Assembly: GCA_049322915.1 (NCBI GenBank)
Contig: JBMOPW010000001.1
Location: 78,193-142,192 of the forward strand
From: Candidatus Zhuqueibacterota bacterium
GTDB lineage: Bacteria; Zhuqueibacterota; Zhuqueibacteria; Thermofontimicrobiales; Thermofontimicrobiaceae
Direction: 5' to 3'
Length of the DNA: 64,000 nucleotides
The notes under the pieces were generated by a model. It was not told the origin of the DNA. It made no database searches and saw nothing but the letters and a program-made list of their open reading frames with translations. Shown here piece after piece: positions 1 through 9,168 of the stretch (its first letter is position 1; each line of letters opens with the position of its first letter). A program made the translations under genes and the position numbers.

Positions 1-108
1 GAGGATTAAAAACCAGATGTATGTTAATCTTGCTTCGCTCAATGATGCCGATATTACCTGCTCCGAGGAAGAAAAACATCTTAACCACGATTTCTACAAG
101 ATGAAAGG

Positions 109-591
109 ATGACCAGGATGAAAAACAGAGCCAATCAAGGTAATCCTAAAATCCTGCAAATCCAGGTTAAGACGAAGGAGGAGCAAGATAAAATAACGCA
201 TAAGATTATCGGTTGTGCTATGGAAGTGCATAATACACTTGGCAATGGTTTTCAGGAAGTGATTTATCAGAGATGTTTGTCTATCGAATTGAACTATAAC
301 GGTATTGAACACCAAAGAGAAGTGGAAATGCCGATATTCTACAAAGGTCAGGAAGTAGGTTTGCGCAGAGCAGATTTTTTGGTAATGGGCGAAATAATGG
401 TAGAGTTAAAGGCAGTCATTAATCTTGAAGATGTTCATTTGGCGCAAGCAATGAACTATTTGGAAGCCTATAACCTGCCAACGGGTTTACTCATCAATTT
501 TGGAGCAAGAAGTTTGCAGTTTAAGCGGCTGTTCAATAAATCCTGGCAATCTAACAATCCTAAAAATCCCGGTTTAGACAATATGAAGTGA
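109..591 (+). CDS. GxxExxY family protein (PD-(D/E)XK nuclease-like)
   Basis: Motif LGNGFQEVIYQ, then RADFLV...VELKA and QAMNYL...GLLINFG. Both termini run into AATCC-rich repeats, so the true start is uncertain. Confidence 0.9.
   Translation: MTRMKNRANQGNPKILQIQVKTKEEQDKITHKIIGCAMEVHNTLGNGFQEVIYQRCLSIELNYNGIEHQREVEMPIFYKGQEVGLRRADFLVMGEIMVELKAVINLEDVHLAQAMNYLEAYNLPTGLLINFGARSLQFKRLFNKSWQSNNPKNPGLDNMK
133..579. repeat. Imperfect 41-bp direct repeats (133-173 and 539-579) flanking the GxxExxY core
   Basis: aatcaaggtaatcctaaaatcctgcaaatccaggttaagac vs aatcctggcaatctaacaatcctaaaaatcccggtttagac, 31/41 identical by hand alignment, with periodic AATC(C). Confidence 0.7.
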
Positions 592-662
592 GTTATAATT
601 CAAGCGAAAAAGCCACAATTAAAGTGATCGAATTCGACCCCTTTAAAATTTGAGATAAGTAC

Positions 663-1366
663 ATGGCAAAAAATATTAAAATAGAGGTTAAAGGTCAGTT
701 AATTACCATTGTAAAAATGGAGCAGGAAGATTTTATTTCGCTGACAGATATAGCCCGCTTCAAAGATGCAGAGTATACAGATGCTATTATCCAGAATTGG
801 ATGCGGAATCGAAATACGGTTGAGTTGTTGGGATTGTGGGAAACAATCCACAATCCTGATTTTAAACCCCTCGAATTCGAGGGGTTTAGAAAACAAGCTG
901 GTCTCAATAGCTTTGTGCTCACACTAAAACGATGGATTGAAACCACTCATGCCGTAGGGATTGTATCCAGGTCAGGAAGGTATGGCGGAACATTCGCGCA
1001 TAAAGACATTGCCTTTGAATTTGCTTCATGGATTTCGATCGAATTCAAACTTTATGTTATCAAGGAATTTCAGAGGCTTAAAGACGAAGAGAATGACCGA
1101 TTGAAACTCAACTGGAACCTGAATAGAACCCTTGCCAAAATCAATTATCGGATTCACACTGATGCCATAAAAGAAAATATTATCCCCGAAAATCTGAGCA
1201 TAGAGCAAATCAATCAGATTTATGCCAACGACGCAGATGTTTTAAATGTGGCATTGTTCGGCAAAACGCCTAACAATGGCGGGACGAAAATCCCGATATC
1301 GAAGGAAATATCAGAGACTATTCAACGCTAAATCTGGAGTTTTCGCATGAACCAGCAAAATTATGA
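663..1366 (+). pseudogene. KilA-N domain DNA-binding protein, frameshifted near 1272 and truncated
   Basis: KilA-N motifs (ISLTDIA, NWMRNRNT, GRYGGTFAHKDIAFEFASWIS). The ORF stops at 1331, but the family-like continuation QWRDENPDIEGNIRDY is in another frame from 1274 and stops at 1366. Confidence 0.75.
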
Positions 1367-3017
1367 AATTGAAATTCAGCATTCGACGGATTTAATTGAT
1401 CGGAAGTGGATAGACGTCAACATCCCGTGCAAGGCAGCCTGTCCGATTATGACCGATATTCCCGGCTATATTGGGGCGATCATGGCGGGCGACTATGAGC
1501 GGGCCTATGCCATCAATCGAATGGATAATGTGCTGCCCGGCGTGCTGGGGCGAGTGTGTCACCGGCCGTGCGAAAAAGCGTGCCGGCATGGCTGGGATGG
1601 CCTGGGCGATCCGGTCTCCATCTGTTTTCTGAAACGGTCAGCAGCGGATTTCGGACGCCAGCCGGTTCCGTCCGACATTGTTAAAAATGGCAAGCGCGTG
1701 TGCGTCGTTGGCGCTGGGCCTTCGGGCCTGACAGCCGCCAATGATCTGGCATTGCGCGGCTACCAGGTGACGGTGCTGGAGCAATTCGACCAGCCGGGCG
1801 GTATGCTGCGATACGGCATTCCCCAATTCCGTCTGCCCTACGAGATTGTCGCGGACGATGTCAAATCCATTACTGACCTGGGAGTGGAGATTCGAACCAA
1901 TACCCGAATACAGACGGTCGCCGATTTCGAGCAGCTTCGCGACCAGTACGATGCGGTCATCCTGGCCGGCGGCTGCATGCTTCCCAATACCATCGCCATT
2001 GACGGCGCCGGGGCCTCCGGGTTTTACTGGGGACTCGATTTCATGATGATGAGCAATCGCGAACAGTTCCACCATCCGCTCGAAAAGGTCGTTGTGGTCG
2101 GTGGTGGTTTTACAGCGGTGGACTGCACCCGAATGGCTTATCGGCTTGGAGCCAGGAAAATCACCATTGCATTTCGCCGCACCAAAGACGATATGAGCGC
2201 CGGCGCACACGAGCTTGTGGCCATGGAAGCCGAGGGAATTGATTTTTCGTTTCTGGTGTCACCGGTCGATGTGGTGTTGGAAAATGGTCGTGTCGCTGGC
2301 CTGAGATTGATTCGCACAGCAATACAGCCGGATGGCAAATTGGCCGAGATACCCGGTTCAGAATTTGTTATGGAAGCGGATACAGTTATCCTCGCCATCG
2401 GTCAAAAGGAAGAGAAGCAATTGCTGGAATCGGATCCGGAAAAATATCCCAATTTTTTCACAGCCGGCGATTTTCGGCGCGGCGCATCCACGGTGATTGA
2501 GGCGGCTGCGGACGGGCGAAAAACTGCCCGCGAAGTCCATCGGAAATTGTCCGGTATCAGCGTGTACCAGGACGTGGTTCACATCGAGGAGGTGAAGGAT
2601 ACCGGCCGCAAGCGCGACTTCGATTTTATCGCGCGGCAGCCCATGGATGAAATTCCGGTGAATGAGCGCAGGGAAAAGAATCGCGAGGTGGAGACCGGAT
2701 TCAGCCAGGAAAAATCGCTGGTCGAAGCGCGCCGCTGCTATTTGTGTCATTACAATTTTCAGATCGATATCGCGCGATGCATCTACTGTCTGGCCTGCAT
2801 CGATGTGATGCCGGTGGACTGCATCAAGATGGCCAAAGATATCATCATTCACGACGATGGCAGTCTGACCTACGTGGAGACGAAAAAATGGAGCGAAGTT
2901 CAGGCGATTACCATCGACAACGACAAATGCATTCGCTGCGGCAACTGCTATCGGGCGTGCCCGGTCGATTGCATCTCCATCTCCAAATACAGCCTGGAAG
3001 TTGTCGAAAAGCGGTAA
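1347..3017 (+). CDS. GltD/DsrL-like FAD/NAD(P)H oxidoreductase with N-terminal Fe-S region and C-terminal ferredoxin domain
   Basis: CKAACP...GRVCHRPCEKACR; VVGAGPSG; GGMLRYGIPQFRLP; VVGGGFTAVD; C-terminal RCYLC, CIYCLAC and CIRCGNCYRACP. Confidence 0.88.
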   Translation: MNQQNYEIEIQHSTDLIDRKWIDVNIPCKAACPIMTDIPGYIGAIMAGDYERAYAINRMDNVLPGVLGRVCHRPCEKACRHGWDGLGDPVSICFLKRSAADFGRQPVPSDIVKNGKRVCVVGAGPSGLTAANDLALRGYQVTVLEQFDQPGGMLRYGIPQFRLPYEIVADDVKSITDLGVEIRTNTRIQTVADFEQLRDQYDAVILAGGCMLPNTIAIDGAGASGFYWGLDFMMMSNREQFHHPLEKVVVVGGGFTAVDCTRMAYRLGARKITIAFRRTKDDMSAGAHELVAMEAEGIDFSFLVSPVDVVLENGRVAGLRLIRTAIQPDGKLAEIPGSEFVMEADTVILAIGQKEEKQLLESDPEKYPNFFTAGDFRRGASTVIEAAADGRKTAREVHRKLSGISVYQDVVHIEEVKDTGRKRDFDFIARQPMDEIPVNERREKNREVETGFSQEKSLVEARRCYLCHYNFQIDIARCIYCLACIDVMPVDCIKMAKDIIIHDDGSLTYVETKKWSEVQAITIDNDKCIRCGNCYRACPVDCISISKYSLEVVEKR

Positions 3018-3281
3018 ATTCATATCGCATCTAAGTCTCCAGGATTCATAGAAATGAAATTTGCAGGTTGTGATCCTGATTTTTGTGAAGCAATAAAAAT
3101 AAGTGGGCTAATGCTCAAAGAAGAAAAATCAATACCAGTAAATACTCAGTTCACGTATTCCTGAAGCCGCCTGTTAGCTGGCGGGTTGATTTTGAACACC
3201 AGGATAAATCATGGTGTTGGTACAATGTTGAACCAGCGCCATGCTTCAGCATGGTGATCGCAGATGCGCATTAAAGAATTC

Positions 3282-3299
3282 AGCCGCTTCAGCGGCTGC
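3282..3299. repeat. REP-like short palindrome
   Basis: cagccgc-ttca-gcggctg hairpin in an intergenic region, with a similar ccatgc-ttca-gcatgg just upstream. Confidence 0.4.
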
Positions 3300-3375
3300 C
3301 ATGAATTCAACCAATTGAACACCTGAGTTGTTATCAATACCATTATTTTTTTTTATGTTGACGCTTTGTTTCTTC

Positions 3376-3536
3376 CCTGAATTATTCATGAACTTGCTCA
3401 GAATTTGAGTCAACATTCAGACTTTCAACTATCTAAAAACTAAGCTATTTTGAAACTCAGTTTCTGGACGTTTATTCTAAAAAGAGCACCATTCAGGTTA
3501 GCCAGCCTCCTCTAAAAATACTATGAATAATGCAGG
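3376..3536. mobile_element. 161-bp MITE / non-autonomous IS derivative
   Basis: Terminal inverted repeats cctgaattattcat (3376-3389) and atgaataatgcagg (3523-3536), 13/14 match. A 4-bp direct repeat CTTC flanks both sides (3372-3375, 3537-3540). No transposase ORF. Confidence 0.75.
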
Positions 3537-3605
3537 CTTCAAGCCTTCGCGGTAAATAAAAAAGAGAGAAATTAAAAGTACACCTCGAATCTATTGGAGG
3601 TAACA

Positions 3606-4607
3606 ATGAAATATCTGATAATCGGTGCGGGCATCGCCGGGGTCACTGCGGCTGAGACCATCCGGGCAAGAGAAGCTCATGCCGAGATCGTGGTCATCGG
3701 GGACGAACAGTATTTTCCATACAATCGCTTTTTATTGACCGACTACCTGTGCGGGAAGGTGACGGACGAGGAGCTGTTCTTTGCCCCAATCGATTTTTTT
3801 CAGCAGCGGGACATCAAATTCCGCAAGGGTGAATTTGTGAAGAGCATTCAGCCGGAGGCAAAGGCAGTCAAGCTGTTCCACAATGAAGTGGTGGAATATG
3901 ACAAACTGCTCATTGCCACCGGCGGAAGCCCGGCCATGGGGCCGGTGTTGAGCAAATTTCAGAAATTCATCCAGCGGTATTACTCGCTCCAGGATGTTCT
4001 GGTGTTGAAAAAGCGACTGGCAGGAGTCGAAACCTGCATCGTTTCCGGGCAGCGCCTGAGCACCCTGGATCTGATGTGCGGCATGTGCAACCTGGGCAAA
4101 AAAGTCACCTACATCACCAAAGATGAAAAGGCCAATTTCCCCCAGATTGGGAATCAGTTGAAGGAGGGGATTCATGAATTTTTGCTCGAAAAAGGCGTTG
4201 ACATAGTCTGCGAAGACCGCGTCATTTCCGTGGCAAAGGCGGGCAACCGCTATCGCGTGGATACCTTTCAGCGGCGGGAATTGACTGCGGACATTGTCTT
4301 TGCCTGGGATTATTATAAGCCGGCGATTGACATCATCGAAGGGACGAACATTGAAAAGAAGCTGGGGATTCTGGTCGATGAGTATTTGCGCACCTCTGTC
4401 GCTGATATTTACGCTGCCGGCGATTGTGTCGAAGTATATCATCCGGGGATCAAAGATTACTGGATCAATTTTGGCTGGCCCAATGCCCGCGAGCAGGGCG
4501 AAATTGCCGGCAAGAATATGACCGGCCAGCGCGTGGAATATCGGGTTCACGATACTATCATTTTCAATCTATTGGGCAAATCGCTCGAAGCGCGTTGGTG
4601 GGAATGA
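3606..4607 (+). CDS. FAD-dependent pyridine nucleotide-disulfide oxidoreductase (NirB-N / rubredoxin reductase-like)
   Basis: IIGAGIAG, YDKLLIATG, TSVADIYAAGDC. RBS GGAGG before ATG 3606. The second (NAD) Rossmann motif is degenerate. Confidence 0.85.
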   Translation: MKYLIIGAGIAGVTAAETIRAREAHAEIVVIGDEQYFPYNRFLLTDYLCGKVTDEELFFAPIDFFQQRDIKFRKGEFVKSIQPEAKAVKLFHNEVVEYDKLLIATGGSPAMGPVLSKFQKFIQRYYSLQDVLVLKKRLAGVETCIVSGQRLSTLDLMCGMCNLGKKVTYITKDEKANFPQIGNQLKEGIHEFLLEKGVDIVCEDRVISVAKAGNRYRVDTFQRRELTADIVFAWDYYKPAIDIIEGTNIEKKLGILVDEYLRTSVADIYAAGDCVEVYHPGIKDYWINFGWPNAREQGEIAGKNMTGQRVEYRVHDTIIFNLLGKSLEARWWE

Positions 4608-4648
4608 AAGCGCGACAGGTTCAAGAATCGTAAAATTGGGAAAAAAGT

Positions 4649-6406
4649 ATGACGTATAAAGAATTAAGCATTCGTTTCTGCGGCGTTGCCGGGGACGGCA
4701 TTGTAGCTTCGGGGAAAATTTTAGGCGGTACCTGCGCCAGTATTGGTCTGCACGTGATGGTGAACGACATTTACAGCGCGGAAATTCGCGGTCTGGGCAA
4801 GTCGACGACCACCATTCGGTTCTCCGGTTCCAAAGTCACCAGCATGGGCGATGGCATCGACCTGCTCATCGGATTGGCGCCAAAGGAATCGATTTCGGAA
4901 TTGAAGGATGTGAAAATCGGCGGCTCGGTGATATACGACAGCAGTTCCCCTTCCGATGTGAAGGAAGCCGAAAGCCTTGCGGCGCATATTCCGCCGGACA
5001 GAAATGGTTACGGCGTGCCGCTGAAACGACTGGCCAATGAGGCATCCGGTTCCAATCGGGGCCGAAACATCGTAGCCATGGGTTCTGCCTGTTACCTTTA
5101 CTCATTGCCGCCCCAAATTTTTCATACCTACATTCAAAAGACGTTCGGAAAGAAAGGCGAGAAAGTCGTCGAGACAAATATCAAAGCGTTCAATCTGGGC
5201 TATGACTATTGCAAAGAAACCTATCCCATCAATTTTGAATTTGAATTGATAAAGGAGCAGCCTGCCAAGCGTCTGATCAACGGGAACGAGGCGTTGGCTG
5301 CGGGCGCTTTGGATTGCGGCTTGAAATTTTTCGCCGGGTATCCCATCACGCCCGCGACGAAAATTATGGAGATCGCTGCCAAAGAATTGCCCAAACTGGA
5401 CGGCTGGACCATTCAGACAGAGGACGAAATTGCCGCCATTTCAGCGATTGTCGGCGCGGCTTATGCCGGCCGGCGGGCCATGACAGCCACGTCCGGGCCG
5501 GGACTTGCGCTGATGAGCGAAATGCTGAACCTGGCCGTCATGGCCGAAATTGGCGTGGTGATTGTCGATGTGCAGCGCGGCGGTCCCTCGACCGGGCTTC
5601 CGACCAAAGTGGAACAGGGCGATTTGAATATCGCATTGTTCGGCGGCGCCAGCGATTCCCCGCGCGTGGTGATGGCGCCATCAAACTCCGAAGAATGCTA
5701 CACCGGTATTCAATTGGCGTTCGACATCGCGGAGAAATACCAGACGCCGGTCATCTTCTTGAGCGATTTATTCCTGGGTCAGCGCCTGGAAACGGCTGAG
5801 TTCGAGGCAAAAATCGACCATGACCGCTGCACGCGCAAACGGCCTACAGCCGATCAAATGAAAAATTATTTCCGCTACCAGATCACAGAGGACGGCGTTT
5901 CCCCGCTCCTCGTTCCCGGCGAGCCCGGCGGGTATTACACCATCACCGGGTTGGAGCACACCACAAAAGGAAATCCCAATTACGAGTCCGATGTGCACAG
6001 CGAAATGACAAAGAAGCGATTCCGAAAATTCGATGCGATGAAAGTCGATCTGCCGCCGGCAGATGTGATCGGCGATGCGGACGCCGAGATTGGCATTGCG
6101 ACGTGGGGCTCGACGTTGGGCGCCATTCTGGAAGGAATGAACCTTGCGCGGGACAAGGGCGTAAAATCAAAGTTGATAAAATCGATTATGATTCATCCGC
6201 AACACGAGCAATCGTTCGCCGAGTTTTTTGCCTCGTGCAAAAAGGTGATTGTTCCGGAGATGAATTTCCAGGGACAGTATGCAGCGCTGCTCAAATCGCG
6301 ATATGGCATCAAGCCGATTGAAATGCATATCCCATCTGTGGATCCGGTGAGTCCGGCAAAAATTGCACAAAAAATAATGGAGGCGCATGATGAACTCGCT
6401 CAGTAA
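4649..6406 (+). CDS. korA: 2-oxoacid:ferredoxin oxidoreductase subunit alpha (gamma-alpha fusion)
   Basis: GVAGDG, YSAEIRG, FFAGYPITPAT, EDEIAA, TATSGPG, DVQRGGPSTGLPT. Substrate specificity cannot be read from the sequence. Confidence 0.92.
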   Translation: MTYKELSIRFCGVAGDGIVASGKILGGTCASIGLHVMVNDIYSAEIRGLGKSTTTIRFSGSKVTSMGDGIDLLIGLAPKESISELKDVKIGGSVIYDSSSPSDVKEAESLAAHIPPDRNGYGVPLKRLANEASGSNRGRNIVAMGSACYLYSLPPQIFHTYIQKTFGKKGEKVVETNIKAFNLGYDYCKETYPINFEFELIKEQPAKRLINGNEALAAGALDCGLKFFAGYPITPATKIMEIAAKELPKLDGWTIQTEDEIAAISAIVGAAYAGRRAMTATSGPGLALMSEMLNLAVMAEIGVVIVDVQRGGPSTGLPTKVEQGDLNIALFGGASDSPRVVMAPSNSEECYTGIQLAFDIAEKYQTPVIFLSDLFLGQRLETAEFEAKIDHDRCTRKRPTADQMKNYFRYQITEDGVSPLLVPGEPGGYYTITGLEHTTKGNPNYESDVHSEMTKKRFRKFDAMKVDLPPADVIGDADAEIGIATWGSTLGAILEGMNLARDKGVKSKLIKSIMIHPQHEQSFAEFFASCKKVIVPEMNFQGQYAALLKSRYGIKPIEMHIPSVDPVSPAKIAQKIMEAHDELAQ

Positions 6407-7250
6407 ACGCTCCGTGATTGAGGGATTGCAGCGGGCCAAAGACATCAAATCGGTGGAGTGGCGGGATAACCTGCCCACGTGGTGTCCTGGCTGCGGTCAT
6501 TTCACCGCGCTGAACGGATTGTACGAAGCGGCTGAATCGCTGAAAATACCAGCGCAAAATTTTGTCGTCGTCTCCGGCATTGGCTGCTCCGGCAGATTCC
6601 CATTTTTTGTGAACGGATTCGGATTTCATGCGTTGCACGGCCGCGCAGTTCCGGTGGCGACCGGCGTTAAAATCGCCAATCCGGAACTCGAAGTGGTCAT
6701 CGTTGGCGGCGATGGCGATGGCGTTGGCATCGGCGGGGGACATTTCCCGCACGCGGCGCGTAATAATTTCGATATGACGTATCTTCTATTGGATAACAGC
6801 ATTTACGGACTGACCAAAGGACAGATTTCACCCACATCGCCGGTGGGAATGATCAGCGCGACTTCGCCCTACGGGAATATCGCGCGTCCGCTGAATCCGA
6901 CGACGTTAGCGCTCTCCTACGGCGCAACCTTCATCGCCCGGGTCTTTTCGCGGGACAGACATCTTGTCTCCGAAATTATTACCAAAGCGATACAGCATAA
7001 AGGATTTTCGTTCGTACATGATCTTTCGCCGTGCGTCGAATTCAATAAACTGGTCACCTACAAAAGCTGGAAAGAGGTGGTTCAACCGCTGCCCGAGGAC
7101 TATGCACCCAACGATCACGCGTTGGCGTTGAAGTACGCGGAAAGCACCGATCCAATTTATACCGGCATTTTTTATGAAGAACATATCCCCACATTTGAAG
7201 ACCACGTTGCCGAGCTGAAGGAAAAGTTTCGGGCCAAACAGGGGGCATGA
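6387..7250 (+). CDS. korB: 2-oxoacid:ferredoxin oxidoreductase subunit beta (TPP-binding)
   Basis: TWCPGCG, SGIGCS, HGRA, GGDGD, DNSIYGLTKGQISPT, SPC. Confidence 0.93.
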   Translation: MMNSLSKRSVIEGLQRAKDIKSVEWRDNLPTWCPGCGHFTALNGLYEAAESLKIPAQNFVVVSGIGCSGRFPFFVNGFGFHALHGRAVPVATGVKIANPELEVVIVGGDGDGVGIGGGHFPHAARNNFDMTYLLLDNSIYGLTKGQISPTSPVGMISATSPYGNIARPLNPTTLALSYGATFIARVFSRDRHLVSEIITKAIQHKGFSFVHDLSPCVEFNKLVTYKSWKEVVQPLPEDYAPNDHALALKYAESTDPIYTGIFYEEHIPTFEDHVAELKEKFRAKQGA

Positions 7251-7386
7251 TGGGGAGGAATGAATTTCGCAGAGAGAAACACGACAGGTCGGCTGAAAGG
7301 GCGTTCGCGCCGGAGTTACGGTAAATCGTCAGATTTGAGAACCAAATCATTGCGGCTGAGATCAGGGTGTTGACCCTGAATTAAAG

Positions 7387-7406
7387 TTAAATCAATTATC
7401 ATTTAA
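7387..7406. promoter_or_regulatory. Candidate Fur/PerR-type operator
   Basis: AT-rich dyad ttaaatcaattatcatttaa. The reverse strand reads AATGATAATTGATTT, similar to the Fur box. It sits directly before the RBS of the first ferritin-like gene. Confidence 0.4.
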
Positions 7407-7421
7407 CCGCGGAGGATCTGT

Positions 7422-7946
7422 ATGTCCAACCGAACAAGCGACACAATGAAAATTTTAAAAACTGCCATCGAAATTGAGGATAATGGCATCCTGACTTTTT
7501 TAAATTATGCGCGTCAGACGAAAGATGCCGCCGGGAAAAACATGTTCATTCGGTTGGCGCTGGACGAGCATGAGCACCGTCGAATTCTGGAGAAACAATT
7601 GAATCAGTTGCAGGATGGGAAACCGTGGCAGTCCATACAAATTCCCAAATCGGAGATCGAGAAGGTCGCTCCCAAAATACGTGAGAAGCAACAACACACG
7701 CGCGGCGAGGCCGGTCTTCAGGAAATTGATGCCTTGAAGACAGCGCTGGATCTGGAACGCAATGCAGTGAAATATTTTACTGATCAGGCAGCGCTTATCA
7801 ACGAGCCGGAAGCCAGGGAGTTATTCATCCGTCTGGCGCAATGGGAAGAAGCCCATTTTGATATCATTCAGGCGGAACTGGATTCCATTCAGGGGAACGG
7901 ATTCTGGTTTGGGATTCCTGAATTTCAAATGGACGGAAAATTCTAA
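7422..7946 (+). CDS. Ferritin-like (rubrerythrin di-iron domain) protein 1
   Basis: Two E...ExxH modules (AIEIE...DEHEH; ALDLE...WEEAH). No rubredoxin domain. Confidence 0.88.
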   Translation: MSNRTSDTMKILKTAIEIEDNGILTFLNYARQTKDAAGKNMFIRLALDEHEHRRILEKQLNQLQDGKPWQSIQIPKSEIEKVAPKIREKQQHTRGEAGLQEIDALKTALDLERNAVKYFTDQAALINEPEARELFIRLAQWEEAHFDIIQAELDSIQGNGFWFGIPEFQMDGKF

Positions 7947-8020
7947 ATGCTATCTACCATGTGATTCGCATGGTATTTAAATGTCTTGTGAACTTTGTGA
8001 CGAGTCAAAGGAGGGTCGAA

Positions 8021-8518
8021 ATGGCCGAAAAAAATATTGGATTACTGCAAGCAATTGACATCGCTCTGGACGCTGAGAAAAAAGCGCTCACATTCTATTC
8101 GGATGCAGTGAAAAAAACATCCAATCAACGTGGCAAAAACTTACTGCAGCAACTTTCACAATTCGAGCAAATCCATTACGATAAGCTCGCTGAGTTGAAA
8201 GAATCTCTGAACAACAATGGGAAATTTATCAAGTATCAGGGGACGGAGTTCAAACCGTTTGACGCCCGGGCGTATGTCGGCGGGCCGGGCAAAATTGAGG
8301 ATAATAAGGCGGATGTCCTGGATATTCTCACGCTGGCAATTGATGCCGAGAGCGAGGCGCACGAGCATTATAAGAATATGTCGGAAAAGACCGACGACCG
8401 CGATGGCAAAGCCATGTTCGAGAAACTGGCTGAAGAAGAAACTATGCACCGCCGCATTCTGAGCGACGAGTATTACAGCATGAGCAACATGGGCGGCGTC
8501 TGGTCGTGGGGCGATTGA
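8021..8518 (+). CDS. Ferritin-like (rubrerythrin di-iron domain) protein 2
   Basis: ALDAEKKALTFY...FEQIH; AIDAESEAHEHY...EETMH. RBS GGAGG before ATG 8021. Confidence 0.88.
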   Translation: MAEKNIGLLQAIDIALDAEKKALTFYSDAVKKTSNQRGKNLLQQLSQFEQIHYDKLAELKESLNNNGKFIKYQGTEFKPFDARAYVGGPGKIEDNKADVLDILTLAIDAESEAHEHYKNMSEKTDDRDGKAMFEKLAEEETMHRRILSDEYYSMSNMGGVWSWGD

Positions 8519-8706
8519 GTTCGCCGCGTGAAATCGCTGCAATCATCAGGACAGGGATCGATGCACTGGCGACAGGATAGCCGGCGCACCAGCGACCCGG
8601 GCCTGATAGCGACAAAGCGTTGATGACGAGAGATGGCGTTTCGGAGACACGCGAAAATGCGCTTCTCTCTTGCATTGTTTAACCTGAATAAACGGAGAAA
8701 TTGATA

Positions 8707-9168
8707 ATGGAACAGACATTGACTATTGAGCAAGCGATCAAAGTTGCCATTGATGCTGAAATCCGAGCCTACGCGCTTTACTCGAGTACCAGTAAAAAGG
8801 TCGCCGGCGCCGGGACAAAAAAAATATTGCTGGAATTGGCGGAGCAGGAATTGGGGCATCGAAAGATATTGGAGAATGTGCTTGCCGGAAAAGACTATGG
8901 CGTACTGGGTCAGAAGGTCGAAAAGCATACTCGCGGCATTGAGGAATTTCTCGAAGCGTCGGAGCTGTCCAAAAATGCAACGTCCCAGGATGTCATGATT
9001 TTCGCCATGAAGGAAGAAGAAAAGGCATTCAATTTTTATTCGAGTTTGAAACGGCATTTTGGCGGCACAGAACTGGAATCGCTATTCGATGGACTGGCTG
9101 CGGAAGAACGCGGGCATAAAATTAAGCTTGAAGATGAATACGAAGAACATTTTATGAAAGAGAACTGA
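8707..9168 (+). CDS. Ferritin-like (rubrerythrin di-iron domain) protein 3
   Basis: AIDAEIRAYALY...QELGH; AMKEEEKAFNFY...EERGH. Confidence 0.88.
   Translation: MEQTLTIEQAIKVAIDAEIRAYALYSSTSKKVAGAGTKKILLELAEQELGHRKILENVLAGKDYGVLGQKVEKHTRGIEEFLEASELSKNATSQDVMIFAMKEEEKAFNFYSSLKRHFGGTELESLFDGLAAEERGHKIKLEDEYEEHFMKEN

Noticed and set aside
79..172. Integron attC site
   Set aside because: The ends resemble AAC...GTT boxes but do not fit RYYYAAC/GTTRRRY, and there is no integrase or cassette array. Kept only as a structured repeat.
7422..9168. Encapsulin cargo system
   Set aside because: No encapsulin shell gene is in the window and I see no LxIGSL-type targeting peptide on the ferritin-like proteins.
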